The notes under the pieces: generated by a model | Database searches by the model: none | What the model was told of the DNA's origin: nothing | Seen by the model: the letters and a program-made list of their open reading frames with translations, nothing else | DNA from: a virus | Taxonomy: Duplodnaviria > Caudoviricetes | IMG/VR virus record: IMGVR_UViG_3300047560_003072 | Span: 1-58,873 of that record | DNA: 58,873 bases | Strand: one strand, 5' to 3' | Program-made: the position numbers and the translations under genes | Shown here: in pieces, positions 1 through 9,863 of the stretch | How the letters are laid out: every line of letters begins with the position of its first letter | Numbering within the stretch: position 1 is the first letter of the stretch

Positions 1-546
1 CTCCATCCATTGCTCAGCAACATAATCCATGTACTGATCAATTTTTGCAGTCAGGTCAGCTTCGATTTGAGCTGTAGCTTCTGCAAGAGCAGTGTTGTAT
101 TGTTCTTCAAGGTCAGCACCGATTTCGTTTACGCGAGCTTCAACTGCTGCTTCGAAAATAACGGTAGCCTTCTCTTTGAAATCTTCAGACAATTCGGAAC
201 CAGCGAACATAGCATTTACGTGCTCGACTGCGCTTGTACCATTTGCCTTGTTAGGTGTGAACGAATATGTTTGGCCAGCGGCAGCAGCGCTACCCTTCAT
301 GCCAACAGATGCCTTGTTTGTTGTTGCACCATCCATTGTTGTCTTAACGTTGTTCTCAGAATCTGTCTCTTCTTCACCTTGGCCTGGTGTAGCAACAGAG
401 ATCTTCTCTGCAGACTGTTGGCCATTGTTATGATTACCGACAGGCAGAGTAGCGTTCTTGTCAACGGGGTCTGCTGTATGAGCAACACCAGTAGCGCCGC
501 CACCGGTTTGGATCTTTTCGTCCAGTTGTTTTTGCTTAACGGTCAT
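1..546 (-). CDS. gp22: prohead core scaffolding protein, 5' part (runs off left edge; not in ORF track)
   Basis: Manual translation from ATG at 546 (RBS AAGGAG upstream): MTVKQKQLDEKIQTG...LSEDFKEKATVIFEAAV...KIDQYMDYVAEQWME, typical of T4-like gp22; directly downstream of gp21. Confidence 0.9.
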   Translation of the reverse strand, partial: MTVKQKQLDEKIQTGGGATGVAHTADPVDKNATLPVGNHNNGQQSAEKISVATPGQGEEETDSENNVKTTMDGATTNKASVGMKGSAAAAGQTYSFTPNKANGTSAVEHVNAMFAGSELSEDFKEKATVIFEAAVEARVNEIGADLEEQYNTALAEATAQIEADLTAKIDQYMDYVAEQWME

Positions 547-570
547 TTAAAGCTCCTTATGATTTTTATT

Positions 571-578
571 TATTTATA
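571..578 (-). promoter_or_regulatory. T4-type late promoter TATAAATA for gp22
   Basis: Exact consensus in the gp21-gp22 spacer, about 25 nt upstream of the ATG. Confidence 0.8.
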
Positions 579-581
579 AAA

Positions 582-1241
582 TTAACTTTTCGATAAGTCT
601 TGGAAGAACTGATTAAATAGTTTAATTGCTGTTTCTTCCGAAATTCCTTGGCGAGCACCGCGGTTAATTTCTTCTTTGTATTGCTCGACACGTTGTGCTT
701 TAAGAAGACCGTTGTCCCATACCCACTCAACGCCTTCCATAATGCCACGAACAAAAGCGTCCGGTGCAGATGGATCAGCAACAATATCGCCGGCAGTAGC
801 TAAATGAAAGTCATCTTGTACTTCCATAATACCTTTGCTATTTTCTTTAATGCTACCCATGCCGCGTGAAGAGATACCCAACGAAGCTCCTTCGCTGATC
901 AATCCCTTAACAATGTTTCCCATCGGGGTATCTAGCACCTTTGCTTTACCCATAATGTTATTGCCCTCACGGTACAATTTCTTGAACATAATGCATGCGC
1001 GTTCAAGATTAATTGTAGGACCGGAAGGATGTCCCAACTCACCATATGCTCTGTTCTTAGAAACATATTGTTCGTTGTAACGATTCATTTCTTTTTCAAG
1101 CGTATTAATGCGATACATGCGACCGTTACGGTTCTCAAGCTCGCCCTGCATAATGATACCTTCGATGAAGACATGCTTCTTGCCTTCTCGTTCTTCAACG
1201 ACGTACTTGACGTCTTCGTTTAATTCGGTAATTAACTTCAT
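582..1241 (-). CDS. gp21: prohead core protease
   Basis: MKLITE start; NRNGRMY, GELGHP, GISSRGMGS, DIVADPSAPDAFV motifs. Confidence 0.97.
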   Translation of the reverse strand: MKLITELNEDVKYVVEEREGKKHVFIEGIIMQGELENRNGRMYRINTLEKEMNRYNEQYVSKNRAYGELGHPSGPTINLERACIMFKKLYREGNNIMGKAKVLDTPMGNIVKGLISEGASLGISSRGMGSIKENSKGIMEVQDDFHLATAGDIVADPSAPDAFVRGIMEGVEWVWDNGLLKAQRVEQYKEEINRGARQGISEETAIKLFNQFFQDLSKS

Positions 1242-1249
1242 GCTAGTCC

Positions 1250-1516
1250 TTAGCTAATTGCAACAGGCGTTGCATATACGTCAGTGCCTGTATCAACCTT
1301 TAACGTATCAGTCGCACCTTTAAACAAATATAATGTATCGTTAGGTACAACATGGGTGTTTGCAATTGTTGTGCCATTTGCATATGCTTGTGTAAGAATA
1401 CGCGCTGTTGATCCACCACCCGTATGAACGATGCGGATGCATGTCGCATTAGCAACAGCATTTGCTGTCGTTGTCAGGCCAACAGTTGTTCCTTTTAGTT
1501 TGACAAAATCAGGCAT
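1250..1516 (-). CDS. small hypothetical beta-rich virion/head protein
   Basis: 88-aa ORF overlapping its upstream neighbour in the head operon; no recognised motif. Confidence 0.6.
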   Translation of the reverse strand: MPDFVKLKGTTVGLTTTANAVANATCIRIVHTGGGSTARILTQAYANGTTIANTHVVPNDTLYLFKGATDTLKVDTGTDVYATPVAIS

Positions 1517-2396
1517 TTAGAACCTCCTTGACAACCTCAACGACTGTGTCATAGTCTTGAGCTTCGATCATTTCGATCATGACCTGTTTGTTTTCTTCAT
1601 TCAGGTTTTCAAAAACTTCTTTAACTTGATCGCGAACATCGTCAGCAAACACGTCAAACAAATCTACTTCTTCTTTTTTGATTTTTGGTGCTTGATATGG
1701 CTTTGTGTATTCAGTGTTTTGCTGCAGATCATCATGAAGATCTTGTAGCGTACGGTGAAGATTCTTCATCGTGTACACATGGCCACTATTCATGTTAGCG
1801 CCTTTTTCTTTGTTCCACTCTGTTGGAGACATTGAATATTCTTTATGTTGATCTGCATGTGCACCAATCTTCTTCAGCATATCCTTAACACCAGCGTGAT
1901 AGGTCGCATATTGATCGTGACGAGCAGCTTCATCGAGTTGTTCGAATTGCTCTGTGAACTCTTCGAAGCTCTCAGCAACTTTCTTCGCTTGTGCAGTGGC
2001 GATTGCCATCTTCTTACCCATAGCCATGCCTGGGTTAGACTTTTCAATACCTTGCGCAATGTCTTCGCGCTTCTTCATCTCAGCAGGAGTCAAATGCTTC
2101 TCACCAAGAATCTGCTTCAATGATTTACTTTCGTACACTGCTTGATCCTCTTTTGTATTGTAGCCATGATTGCTTGCGGAGCGATCATATGCCTGTACAT
2201 TTGTTGCACGGAAATGATCATCGCCATTGCCATTGCGGTCGTCGACCTTTTGAACGACGTGCTTATCCATGAAACGCTTTTCGTCTTTTGTCTTTGGTGT
2301 CAAAGATGTAACGGAATCTGGCTCGACGGGCGAGCTAGGCGTTGGCTTTTCATTCTTCGCTAGTTTCGCTTCCAGCACTTGCTTCAGTGTTTTCAT
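1509..2396 (-). CDS. putative prohead core/internal head protein (gp68 position)
   Basis: Highly charged 295 aa between gp67-like gene and gp21; several L/V-x-E sites resembling gp21 cleavage sites. Confidence 0.55.
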   Translation of the reverse strand: MKTLKQVLEAKLAKNEKPTPSSPVEPDSVTSLTPKTKDEKRFMDKHVVQKVDDRNGNGDDHFRATNVQAYDRSASNHGYNTKEDQAVYESKSLKQILGEKHLTPAEMKKREDIAQGIEKSNPGMAMGKKMAIATAQAKKVAESFEEFTEQFEQLDEAARHDQYATYHAGVKDMLKKIGAHADQHKEYSMSPTEWNKEKGANMNSGHVYTMKNLHRTLQDLHDDLQQNTEYTKPYQAPKIKKEEVDLFDVFADDVRDQVKEVFENLNEENKQVMIEMIEAQDYDTVVEVVKEVLNA

Positions 2397-2595
2397 CGGT
2401 GGTTACCTCTTGTTGTTCGGCTGACTGTTCGTCATCTGTATTAAAATAATTCTTTGCAACCTCTAGCTTAGCTGCATCAACAACAGCAGCAACCTTATCA
2501 ACTACGAGGGCGTCAAATGCAGATTGAAACTCACTAGGACTCTCGCCTTTTGCTGCGCTAATCATATCTGCAATTGTAAATTCTTTATCACTCAT
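2350..2595 (-). CDS. prohead core protein, gp67-like
   Basis: 81-aa protein with acidic tail immediately after the portal gene, the gp67 position. Confidence 0.6.
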   Translation of the reverse strand: MSDKEFTIADMISAAKGESPSEFQSAFDALVVDKVAAVVDAAKLEVAKNYFNTDDEQSAEQQEVTTDENTEASAGSETSEE

Positions 2596-2608
2596 ATTTT
2601 CTCCATTT

Positions 2609-2616
2609 TATTTAGT
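2609..2616 (-). promoter_or_regulatory. late-promoter variant ACTAAATA
   Basis: TAAATA core overlapping the portal stop, just upstream of the gp67-like gene. Confidence 0.5.
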
Positions 2617-4234
2617 TATTCTGTTCAGTCGGTGCTGTGGAACTAAATCCACCACCGCCGGGGCCTTGCGATGCTGCTTGGCCTGGAGGTGCAGTACCTC
2701 CTTGAACAGGGTTACCGTTCTCATCAACTTCAGGTTGCTGATAAAGAGGATTCTCTTGCTCAGCCATACTTTGTTCATCCATCTCTTCGATGTCTTCATC
2801 AGATTGATAAAGAACATGCTTACGTACCCATTCATTAGAGTAGTATTTACCGATGTAAGGATCCATCAACTGTAGTGTCGTCATGCGATCACGGAGGATT
2901 GTTGAAGCCTTTTGTTGTTCGAAGTAGTTGTCTTTTGCGTAATCAAACTTGATTAGATTAGCAAGTGTCTTCCAATCATCTTCTGTCAAAACGTTCTTGA
3001 GGATCAGTTGCTTCTCTAGTGCAATCATAAAGATTGTGTTAAAGCGTGAACGTAGACGGTCAATGAACTTTGAGAACTTAATCTCGTCACGTGACACTTC
3101 TGCATCCTGGCCAAAGTTAAATGTGCCTTCCGGCTGCAAGCGGCTTGAAGGAACGTTCAGTGACTCATAAAGTTTCTTTTGGAAGTATTCGACGTCAGCC
3201 AGCTCGCCAAGGTTTTGACCTGCCGGCAATGTTTGGATTTCTGTACCACGACTACCTTCACGACGTGGCAGCCAGTAGTCTTCTAGCATCGTCATGAACT
3301 TACGATCGTCTCTGATCTCACCAGACGATGCATCATAGACGACTTTGTTCTTGTGACGTTGCATCATATCGCGCAAGTACTGCTCTGCCTTCATCTTAGG
3401 CAGGTTACCAACGTCGATATAGAAAATACGACGTTCTGGCGCGCGAGAAATACGATAAACGATTGTAGCATCTTCAAGCGCACGCAACTGATTGAGAGGC
3501 TTGATTGCTTTATGCAAATGGGAGAGAACGACCGTATTGTTAGGATCTAGAACACCAGAAGTAACATGCAGAATACTATCAGGTGCAATTCGTAGTCCTT
3601 GCACTGCCGAATTCGTTCCTACCTCACCAGCTTTGTTTTGGAAACCACGCTCGTTGTACACATAATACTCTTGATGAGTTTGTACACTAACAACTGGCGA
3701 ATTCTTTTCGCGCTTGCGTTTGATTTCACGAATCTTTCTTAGCTTACGTGGATCGACGTAGCGAAGTTCTTTAATACCATCCTGTGGTGCGGTATTATCA
3801 ATAATGATATGATAATAAATGCGACCGTCAACATACCAGCGTCTAAAAATATCAAAAGCTGATTTGTTAAAATCTAACAGAGTAAGAATGTTTTCAAACT
3901 CGTTTGTAATTAGCTTTTTAATGTTTGCGGAAAGAGGAACATCATCCAAGTTGATCTGAACGATCTTCTCTTTTTCTTCAACAATGATTGACTCGTTGAG
4001 AATATCATCTACTGCACGCTCCACTTCGGGATGCATTGACATCTCACGATATTTCGTTACGAGCTCTGCTTCTGTTCTAGCAGCACCTTGAAGATCGATG
4101 TATGTGCCATAAGCACCACCAGCAGCAACGACAACAGCACCGTCGTCATGGACTTCCGGTGCAAAGGTCGGTTGTTTATCCTGCTCTTTTTCAGGGTCCG
4201 CTCTACGGATCTCGAAACCAAAAAAATTCGCCAT
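2612..4234 (-). CDS. gp20: portal vertex protein
   Basis: WYVDGR, YRISRAPERRIFYIDVGNLPK, EDYWLPRREGSRGTEI motifs. Confidence 0.98.
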   Translation of the reverse strand: MANFFGFEIRRADPEKEQDKQPTFAPEVHDDGAVVVAAGGAYGTYIDLQGAARTEAELVTKYREMSMHPEVERAVDDILNESIIVEEKEKIVQINLDDVPLSANIKKLITNEFENILTLLDFNKSAFDIFRRWYVDGRIYYHIIIDNTAPQDGIKELRYVDPRKLRKIREIKRKREKNSPVVSVQTHQEYYVYNERGFQNKAGEVGTNSAVQGLRIAPDSILHVTSGVLDPNNTVVLSHLHKAIKPLNQLRALEDATIVYRISRAPERRIFYIDVGNLPKMKAEQYLRDMMQRHKNKVVYDASSGEIRDDRKFMTMLEDYWLPRREGSRGTEIQTLPAGQNLGELADVEYFQKKLYESLNVPSSRLQPEGTFNFGQDAEVSRDEIKFSKFIDRLRSRFNTIFMIALEKQLILKNVLTEDDWKTLANLIKFDYAKDNYFEQQKASTILRDRMTTLQLMDPYIGKYYSNEWVRKHVLYQSDEDIEEMDEQSMAEQENPLYQQPEVDENGNPVQGGTAPPGQAASQGPGGGGFSSTAPTEQNN

Positions 4235-4247
4235 GTTTACTCCATTA

Positions 4248-4278
4248 AAGAGGGGAGCGCCACATGGCGCCCACTCTT
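4248..4278 (-). terminator. stem-loop after gp19 (terminator or mRNA-stabilising hairpin)
   Basis: GCGCCA-TG-TGGCGC core with imperfect AAGAG/CTCTT extension and a short T run, in the gp19-gp20 spacer. Confidence 0.55.
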
Positions 4279-4279
4279 A

Positions 4280-4831
4280 TTAAGCTCCACCACCGTTGCC
4301 AGTGATGCCACCACTCACTTCCCACCAGTCATACTGGAAGGTGATATTAAATTCCTCAATCGAGTCAGTATCACCCCAGTTCAGGTCGATAGCAGAGATA
4401 CTCGTTGGGAAAATACCGTTGAATTTATAAGAGCGAATTGGAACACCAGTCTTAGAGAACTGAGTTACTTCCGCTGTTGACTTATATAGGAGAGGAGCAG
4501 CAGAGCCAAATGAACGCAGGTTTGTCTGGTTCGAATTGATTTTGCTAGACCACTCTTCCATCGCGTTGCGAATCAAGAAGTCTTCGTCGTTGATTACAGT
4601 TACTGTCCAATCACCGAAAGTACGGTCACCAGCCAGCTTCACTTTACGACCGAAGTAAGGAACTTCGATCAGACCCAGTGAAGACTCAGGCAGTTGTGCT
4701 GAACGTACCATGAACGGTACCTTGATGTCAGCGATACCGTTTGCTGGATTGGAAAATGTAACTTGGAATAGATTGCCGCGGGCACCGCCAAGTGCCAGCT
4801 GGCTTCTAATTTCATTTACATTAAATGCCAT
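4280..4831 (-). CDS. gp19: tail tube protein
   Basis: GRKVKLAGDRTFGDWTVTVINDEDF, FQYDWW motifs; follows the sheath gene. Confidence 0.96.
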   Translation of the reverse strand: MAFNVNEIRSQLALGGARGNLFQVTFSNPANGIADIKVPFMVRSAQLPESSLGLIEVPYFGRKVKLAGDRTFGDWTVTVINDEDFLIRNAMEEWSSKINSNQTNLRSFGSAAPLLYKSTAEVTQFSKTGVPIRSYKFNGIFPTSISAIDLNWGDTDSIEEFNITFQYDWWEVSGGITGNGGGA

Positions 4832-4859
4832 GTTTGTTCTCCTTTATTCTTATTTATTA

Positions 4860-6941
4860 TTAGAACTGACCGACTACTTCGGAGAACTCAACACCTGTTC
4901 TAACTGCAACAAAGTTCAATTGAATGAAGTTGATGCTCTTAGCTGGCTTAATATAAATGTCACCAATGAATTCGTTGCGGTCGATAACTTCACCGGTATT
5001 GTTTGTAGTGTCGCAAACAACCTTGAAGTCGTAGATACCACGACGGCCTTGAACGTCACGTAGGAATGGCTCAACCAAGTTACGGAATTGCGCACGTGTG
5101 AAGTCGTCGTTGAATTCGAACAGTGTGAATTTCGTAGCAGTAGCAATTGCTTTTTCCAGAACGATGAACAGACGACGAACGTTGATACGGTCGAATGCGC
5201 TTGGCTTAGCAAGCAATGTCTTATCACCATACAGAACAGTACCTTGGCCAGGGAATGTAACCACAGGGTTAACACCAGCCTTGTACAGAATGTCGCGATC
5301 AGCTTGACGTGGGTTGTATGCCAGCTTAACAATGTTCTTGATCTGACCACGGTTGAAACCAGCAGGAGACCACCATGGATCACGTGTATCGTCTGTACGA
5401 ACACATAGACCAGCAGTGTCACCGTTCAGAGGAATCCAACGGTAGATGTCATTGTACTTGTCGTATTGGTACTTGTAACCAGAATCCATTACAGCGTAAG
5501 ATGTGCTACGCAGGCTGTTGCGGAATGTGGTAACATCGGTAGCTTCCGAACCAACGTTATTAACAACGTCATCTTTCGTTGGAGAGACAAATACCACGCA
5601 GTCTTTGCGCTTCTCGGCAATGTTATCGATCAGGTAGTTGGGAACTTGTTCGCCATTCGTACCGCCACGAGAAACACCTGTCAGGATCAACGAAACGTCA
5701 ACGTCTTCAGCAGACGCAAACAGATCATATCCAGCAAGCAATACGCCAAGTGCAGAGTCGTTTTCATTCTGACCATCCGTACCACCTTGGAACTCCAATG
5801 ACAAAGGAGTCGTTGTGGATGCGGTTGCAATTGTAGCGGAGTTAGCGCTCGTTGCACCTGTACGCTCATTTGCCCACCAGACATAATTCGATGATTGATT
5901 AATAACAGTTTGCCAGAAGTTGGTTGCGCCGTCTTCCGTCTTTGCGTCTGTTGCACGTGATAGATTGTGGAAAACTTCCAAAACTGTACCAGGAACACCA
6001 GAGAACAAACCATCGTGGTCGACAACAACAACATGCAACTCATCTTGTGCAGATGTGTTGCCACCAAATGTAGACTGATATACAGACGTACCAGGAGCAG
6101 CATCAACAACGTTGAAGTATTCCCACTTACGTGTCAAACCAGCTGTTGTAGAGAAGTTCGTCGAAAGACCGTAAATGTCTTCCGTTACGATAGTGAAGGT
6201 AGCAACAGAAGAAGTGTTGGTCGTTGAAGATACAGAGGTGACCTTCATGTATTGAACGCCAATAGATGAGTTACCAACTTGAATGTAGTCACCAACGGTC
6301 AAACCAGCAGACAATGTGTTTGCCTGTGCAACTGCTTGTGCAATCGTACCAACGCCAACAGCGATGTTGACAACAACGTTGCTTGAACCAACTGTTACGC
6401 TTACATTACTGTTTACTGCGCTAATGTTTGTTGATCCACCATCAAGGTTTGCTGTTGCACCATATGCAGTAGCGGAATCACAAACAGAAATCTTTAGAGA
6501 GTTACCAAGAGCACCTGGGAACTTTGCGATATATTTTGCGTCAAGGTCATTTTGCAATGTGCCTAGACCTGCTTTGACGTTGTAATGATCTTCATTTTTG
6601 ATGACGAAATCATTCAAATCCGAAATAGCAGCAACGTTAGCAACAGCGTTTCTTACAACGACTGATGTGTTTGTTGATGTGGTGTTAGCAACACGAGCTA
6701 CATACAACTTGTTGCCATAAGACAAAAAGTTTGCTGCTGTGAAGAACGTTTCTGCGTTGTGGTTGGTTGGCTTACCAAATCTTGCAGCTAAATTTGCTTC
6801 TGAGTCGACTAGAGTGCGCTGCTCTACAGGACCCCAACGGAATACACCCGCTAGAGCACCTTCGGTAGTAGAAACAGCGGGGACAACGGTGGTCAGATCA
6901 ATTTCAGATACATTTACGCCAGGACTAACTTGAAATGGCAT
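4860..6941 (-). CDS. gp18: tail sheath protein
   Basis: SPGVNVSEIDLT start; WWSPAGFNRG; SAFDRINVRRLF; IKPAKSINFI. Confidence 0.98.
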   Translation of the reverse strand: MPFQVSPGVNVSEIDLTTVVPAVSTTEGALAGVFRWGPVEQRTLVDSEANLAARFGKPTNHNAETFFTAANFLSYGNKLYVARVANTTSTNTSVVVRNAVANVAAISDLNDFVIKNEDHYNVKAGLGTLQNDLDAKYIAKFPGALGNSLKISVCDSATAYGATANLDGGSTNISAVNSNVSVTVGSSNVVVNIAVGVGTIAQAVAQANTLSAGLTVGDYIQVGNSSIGVQYMKVTSVSSTTNTSSVATFTIVTEDIYGLSTNFSTTAGLTRKWEYFNVVDAAPGTSVYQSTFGGNTSAQDELHVVVVDHDGLFSGVPGTVLEVFHNLSRATDAKTEDGATNFWQTVINQSSNYVWWANERTGATSANSATIATASTTTPLSLEFQGGTDGQNENDSALGVLLAGYDLFASAEDVDVSLILTGVSRGGTNGEQVPNYLIDNIAEKRKDCVVFVSPTKDDVVNNVGSEATDVTTFRNSLRSTSYAVMDSGYKYQYDKYNDIYRWIPLNGDTAGLCVRTDDTRDPWWSPAGFNRGQIKNIVKLAYNPRQADRDILYKAGVNPVVTFPGQGTVLYGDKTLLAKPSAFDRINVRRLFIVLEKAIATATKFTLFEFNDDFTRAQFRNLVEPFLRDVQGRRGIYDFKVVCDTTNNTGEVIDRNEFIGDIYIKPAKSINFIQLNFVAVRTGVEFSEVVGQF

Positions 6942-6995
6942 GTCTATCTCCCCTCTGAGGTATTATTATTTTAGAAACGAAAGTTGAATTCGAGG

Positions 6996-7003
6996 TATTT
7001 ATA
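6996..7003 (-). promoter_or_regulatory. T4-type late promoter TATAAATA for gp18
   Basis: Exact consensus in the gp17-gp18 spacer. Confidence 0.8.
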
Positions 7004-7016
7004 ATTCTGGGTTTTC

Positions 7017-8696
7017 CTATTGTACCCACGAATTGCGTTCATGCCTGTCATGCATTTGCTGATCATAATCATCGTCACCAGCAAAAATCCACGAATCATC
7101 ACCTTTCTTAGCCGCAAGCGGCAGGCTCATGTTAGGGAGCCCTCTATTAATAATACCGAAAGGAAGCATACTTTCTTCCATTGAATCTTCGTTTTCCTGC
7201 TCCAAGCGTTGACGTAAATCAACACTCGTCAATTCTTTCACATATTGTTGGCCCATTGCCCAAGCAAAGAGAACACAACACATAACAAGGTCATCATGAC
7301 CCTCTTCTGCTTCATAACTTTCGCCAATGTTGACGAAACGGAACAATTCATAAAGAATGCGTTCGTCGTGAATCAAGAGCTTATCGCTCTCGACCTGAGT
7401 TTTCAAACCCATACAACCAATACGTTTAACAGCTTTGGTTGTTCGTACACCAAGACGGGTCGCTTGACCATATCCTGGTGAAACTACTTGGCCGCTACGG
7501 CCATTGTTAACAGTCGTCAAGACATTCTCGTATTCGAGATCGCCTTGTAGAATGTTTGCAATCTGCTCACCGATGTCATTTGTTTCTACAAGTATGTATG
7601 CATTGTTATAATGCTTTGATAATTGGTAGACGATGTTTGGATATAACAAAGGTGAAATCATGTTGTTCTTATATGTTGCAACAACACGATATGGTAATTC
7701 TGATACGTCAAACACAACAAAAGCTGAATAGTCACCCTCAACGCCGCGTGCTGTATCAACAACAGTGAAGTATTGCCGTCCATCAACCGGCTGTGCAAAG
7801 ATACTTGTATCCGGATTACTGACAATTGGTTTGATCGATCTTAGCAAACGAAGCTTTGTTGCACTGATCAAAGTATGTGAAGAACCGATGAATTCACATT
7901 CAAATTCCACTCGGAACTGTTCTTCTGATGTGTTGCGGATCGTTTCTTCTTTCCATTTTTGATCACGGCCAGGAACTTGGCTCCAGTGAACGTCGATACG
8001 TTTGTATTCGTTCTTGCCTTCCTCACTATCGGTCCAGATCTTATAGAACATATTAAGACCGTTTGGTGTAGAAGTAATTAGAATCTTCGATGTCTTACCG
8101 GATGAAATTGTAGGATAGACAGAAGCAAAGAAGTCTTCCTGCATGTTGTTTTCAACGAAAGCAAATTCGTCCAAGTATACTAGGTTGAACGATCCACCAC
8201 GAATAGCGCTGGAAGATGTAGCAGAAGCAAGGATCTTGGAACCGTTCTCAAGCTCGATGTTACCCTTGTTCCATTCAACAATACCTTGCTGAATCCACTT
8301 GGGTAAGTGTTCGTAAGCAAGCTGAATACGAGATAAAATTTCTCGAGCTTGCTGCATTTTGTGAGCTAGAATGGCAATGTTGTAGCGGTCATGAAATAAG
8401 ACGTACCACAACATAATACCAACCAAAGTAGTTGTCTTACCGCACTGACGAGGCATTTTGCAAATAACAAAACGCTCATCTACGGATAGCTCAACAATGT
8501 CTTTTTGGTATTCGTATAGATTGAAGTTGATCAAACCCTGGTCAACGTTAACAATCTTAATGTAGGTTTCAATGAAGTATACTGGATCTCGTGCGCACTT
8601 CATATACTCCTGTACCTGATGAGGAGTCCATTCATGCTTAACGTTTGAACGTTTTAAGTTCTGATTACCAAGATACGCATCATTTATTTTGCTCAT
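7017..8696 (-). CDS. gp17: terminase large subunit
   Basis: Walker A PRQCGKTT, Walker B YLDEFAF, ITSTPNG, nuclease VDTARG and HDDLVM. Confidence 0.98.
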   Translation of the reverse strand: MSKINDAYLGNQNLKRSNVKHEWTPHQVQEYMKCARDPVYFIETYIKIVNVDQGLINFNLYEYQKDIVELSVDERFVICKMPRQCGKTTTLVGIMLWYVLFHDRYNIAILAHKMQQAREILSRIQLAYEHLPKWIQQGIVEWNKGNIELENGSKILASATSSSAIRGGSFNLVYLDEFAFVENNMQEDFFASVYPTISSGKTSKILITSTPNGLNMFYKIWTDSEEGKNEYKRIDVHWSQVPGRDQKWKEETIRNTSEEQFRVEFECEFIGSSHTLISATKLRLLRSIKPIVSNPDTSIFAQPVDGRQYFTVVDTARGVEGDYSAFVVFDVSELPYRVVATYKNNMISPLLYPNIVYQLSKHYNNAYILVETNDIGEQIANILQGDLEYENVLTTVNNGRSGQVVSPGYGQATRLGVRTTKAVKRIGCMGLKTQVESDKLLIHDERILYELFRFVNIGESYEAEEGHDDLVMCCVLFAWAMGQQYVKELTSVDLRQRLEQENEDSMEESMLPFGIINRGLPNMSLPLAAKKGDDSWIFAGDDDYDQQMHDRHERNSWVQ

Positions 8697-9066
8697 TCTG
8701 CTTCTTTATCAATTGTTGCAACTCAGCAGTGCTTCCAACAAATAGATTGTTGTTCACTGTAGTTGGCGCAGGACCAATGCCTGTTAGGTCCTTCTTTCGT
8801 TTTTGCAGCTCGAGTAGATCCTTGTTTGCGTCAGCAATGGTCTTTACGAGTGCGGCTGCAACCTCATAAGCTCGTGGATGTTGTGACATACCAGCAACAT
8901 CGAGAATGCCAGATAATGCTTCTTGCCCCTTTTCAATAGCAGCAATCATGTTGCCGCGAGCATATTCAAAATCATCATTGACTTGACTTTCCTCATATTT
9001 TTGAGGCACAGGCAGTGCCTGCAAAGGTGCAAGATCAAGGGCGTCAGCAATTACATCATTCTTCAT
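8680..9066 (-). CDS. gp16: terminase small subunit
   Basis: DDFEYARGN, HPRAYEV, NNNLFVGSTAELQ; upstream of gp17. Confidence 0.93.
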   Translation of the reverse strand: MKNDVIADALDLAPLQALPVPQKYEESQVNDDFEYARGNMIAAIEKGQEALSGILDVAGMSQHPRAYEVAAALVKTIADANKDLLELQKRKKDLTGIGPAPTTVNNNLFVGSTAELQQLIKKQNEQNK

Positions 9067-9863
9067 GGGTTCACCGTTACAATATATCCATAGTTATCCG
9101 TTGACTCTATACTATCTAGCGGAACTGTCAATTCAGCATTTGAAGTCGGTTGACCATTAGCAGTCAAACCTGGATATGTATTGGCTGTTGCAATCGGTGT
9201 ATTGGCATCAACAAGAGCGTTGAAGAAATCTGTTGTAGCAAACTTGATAACGTTGTTCTTACGGACAGGACCAAACAGATAACCCTTCAGAGTAAATCCC
9301 AAAGTCCAAATAATAGCACGACGTGTCTCGTAGTTGCCTTCGTAATCATCCGTAACATTAACGCTATTCAAAACAATAGGAATGTCAAGGACAATGTCCA
9401 TTTCCGGAATCAAATGGACGGTTGTTGTCCACTCTGGTGTAAAGAATGGAAGAATCTGCTCGATGATTCTTGTACCATCGTCAGCATTCTTAACCATAAT
9501 TGACAGTTCAAAGTTAATATCGTACGGAACTGGGTTGTACTGATATTTTAGAAGATTAGGATCTGTGCTATCTTGCTTGTATTTTTTACCAAGCGTGTTT
9601 AGTTTACGCTCACCTGCATATGTCATGTTCATCATTTCAAACGACATACGCGGCAATTGTATTGCTGGCATTCTATTTAAACTTGGATCAGCGACAGCAC
9701 GTGCGAGCGTCTTCTCACGAGGTCCGTATGCAAGAGGAACTTGTGTAGTATGAATAACGTTGTGTTCTGTGTCGGGACGCGTAATAACAATATCGTTAAA
9801 CAACGTACCAAACAGCGTCACATATTTGCGAACAAGACTGTGATAGAAGGTATGGCCAAACAT
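9063..9863 (-). CDS. gp15: tail sheath stabiliser/tail terminator
   Basis: FGTLFNDI, VPLAYGP, LPRMSFE, EQILPFFTP motifs. Confidence 0.95.
   Translation of the reverse strand: MFGHTFYHSLVRKYVTLFGTLFNDIVITRPDTEHNVIHTTQVPLAYGPREKTLARAVADPSLNRMPAIQLPRMSFEMMNMTYAGERKLNTLGKKYKQDSTDPNLLKYQYNPVPYDINFELSIMVKNADDGTRIIEQILPFFTPEWTTTVHLIPEMDIVLDIPIVLNSVNVTDDYEGNYETRRAIIWTLGFTLKGYLFGPVRKNNVIKFATTDFFNALVDANTPIATANTYPGLTANGQPTSNAELTVPLDSIESTDNYGYIVTVNP

Noticed and set aside
10-579. 189-aa plus-strand ORF and 68-aa minus-strand ORF (297..503)
   Set aside because: Shadows of the real gp22 frame (1..546, minus), which the track missed because it runs off the edge
2612-8696. Introns or inteins in portal, sheath or terminase
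   Set aside because: All are of normal length with contiguous motifs
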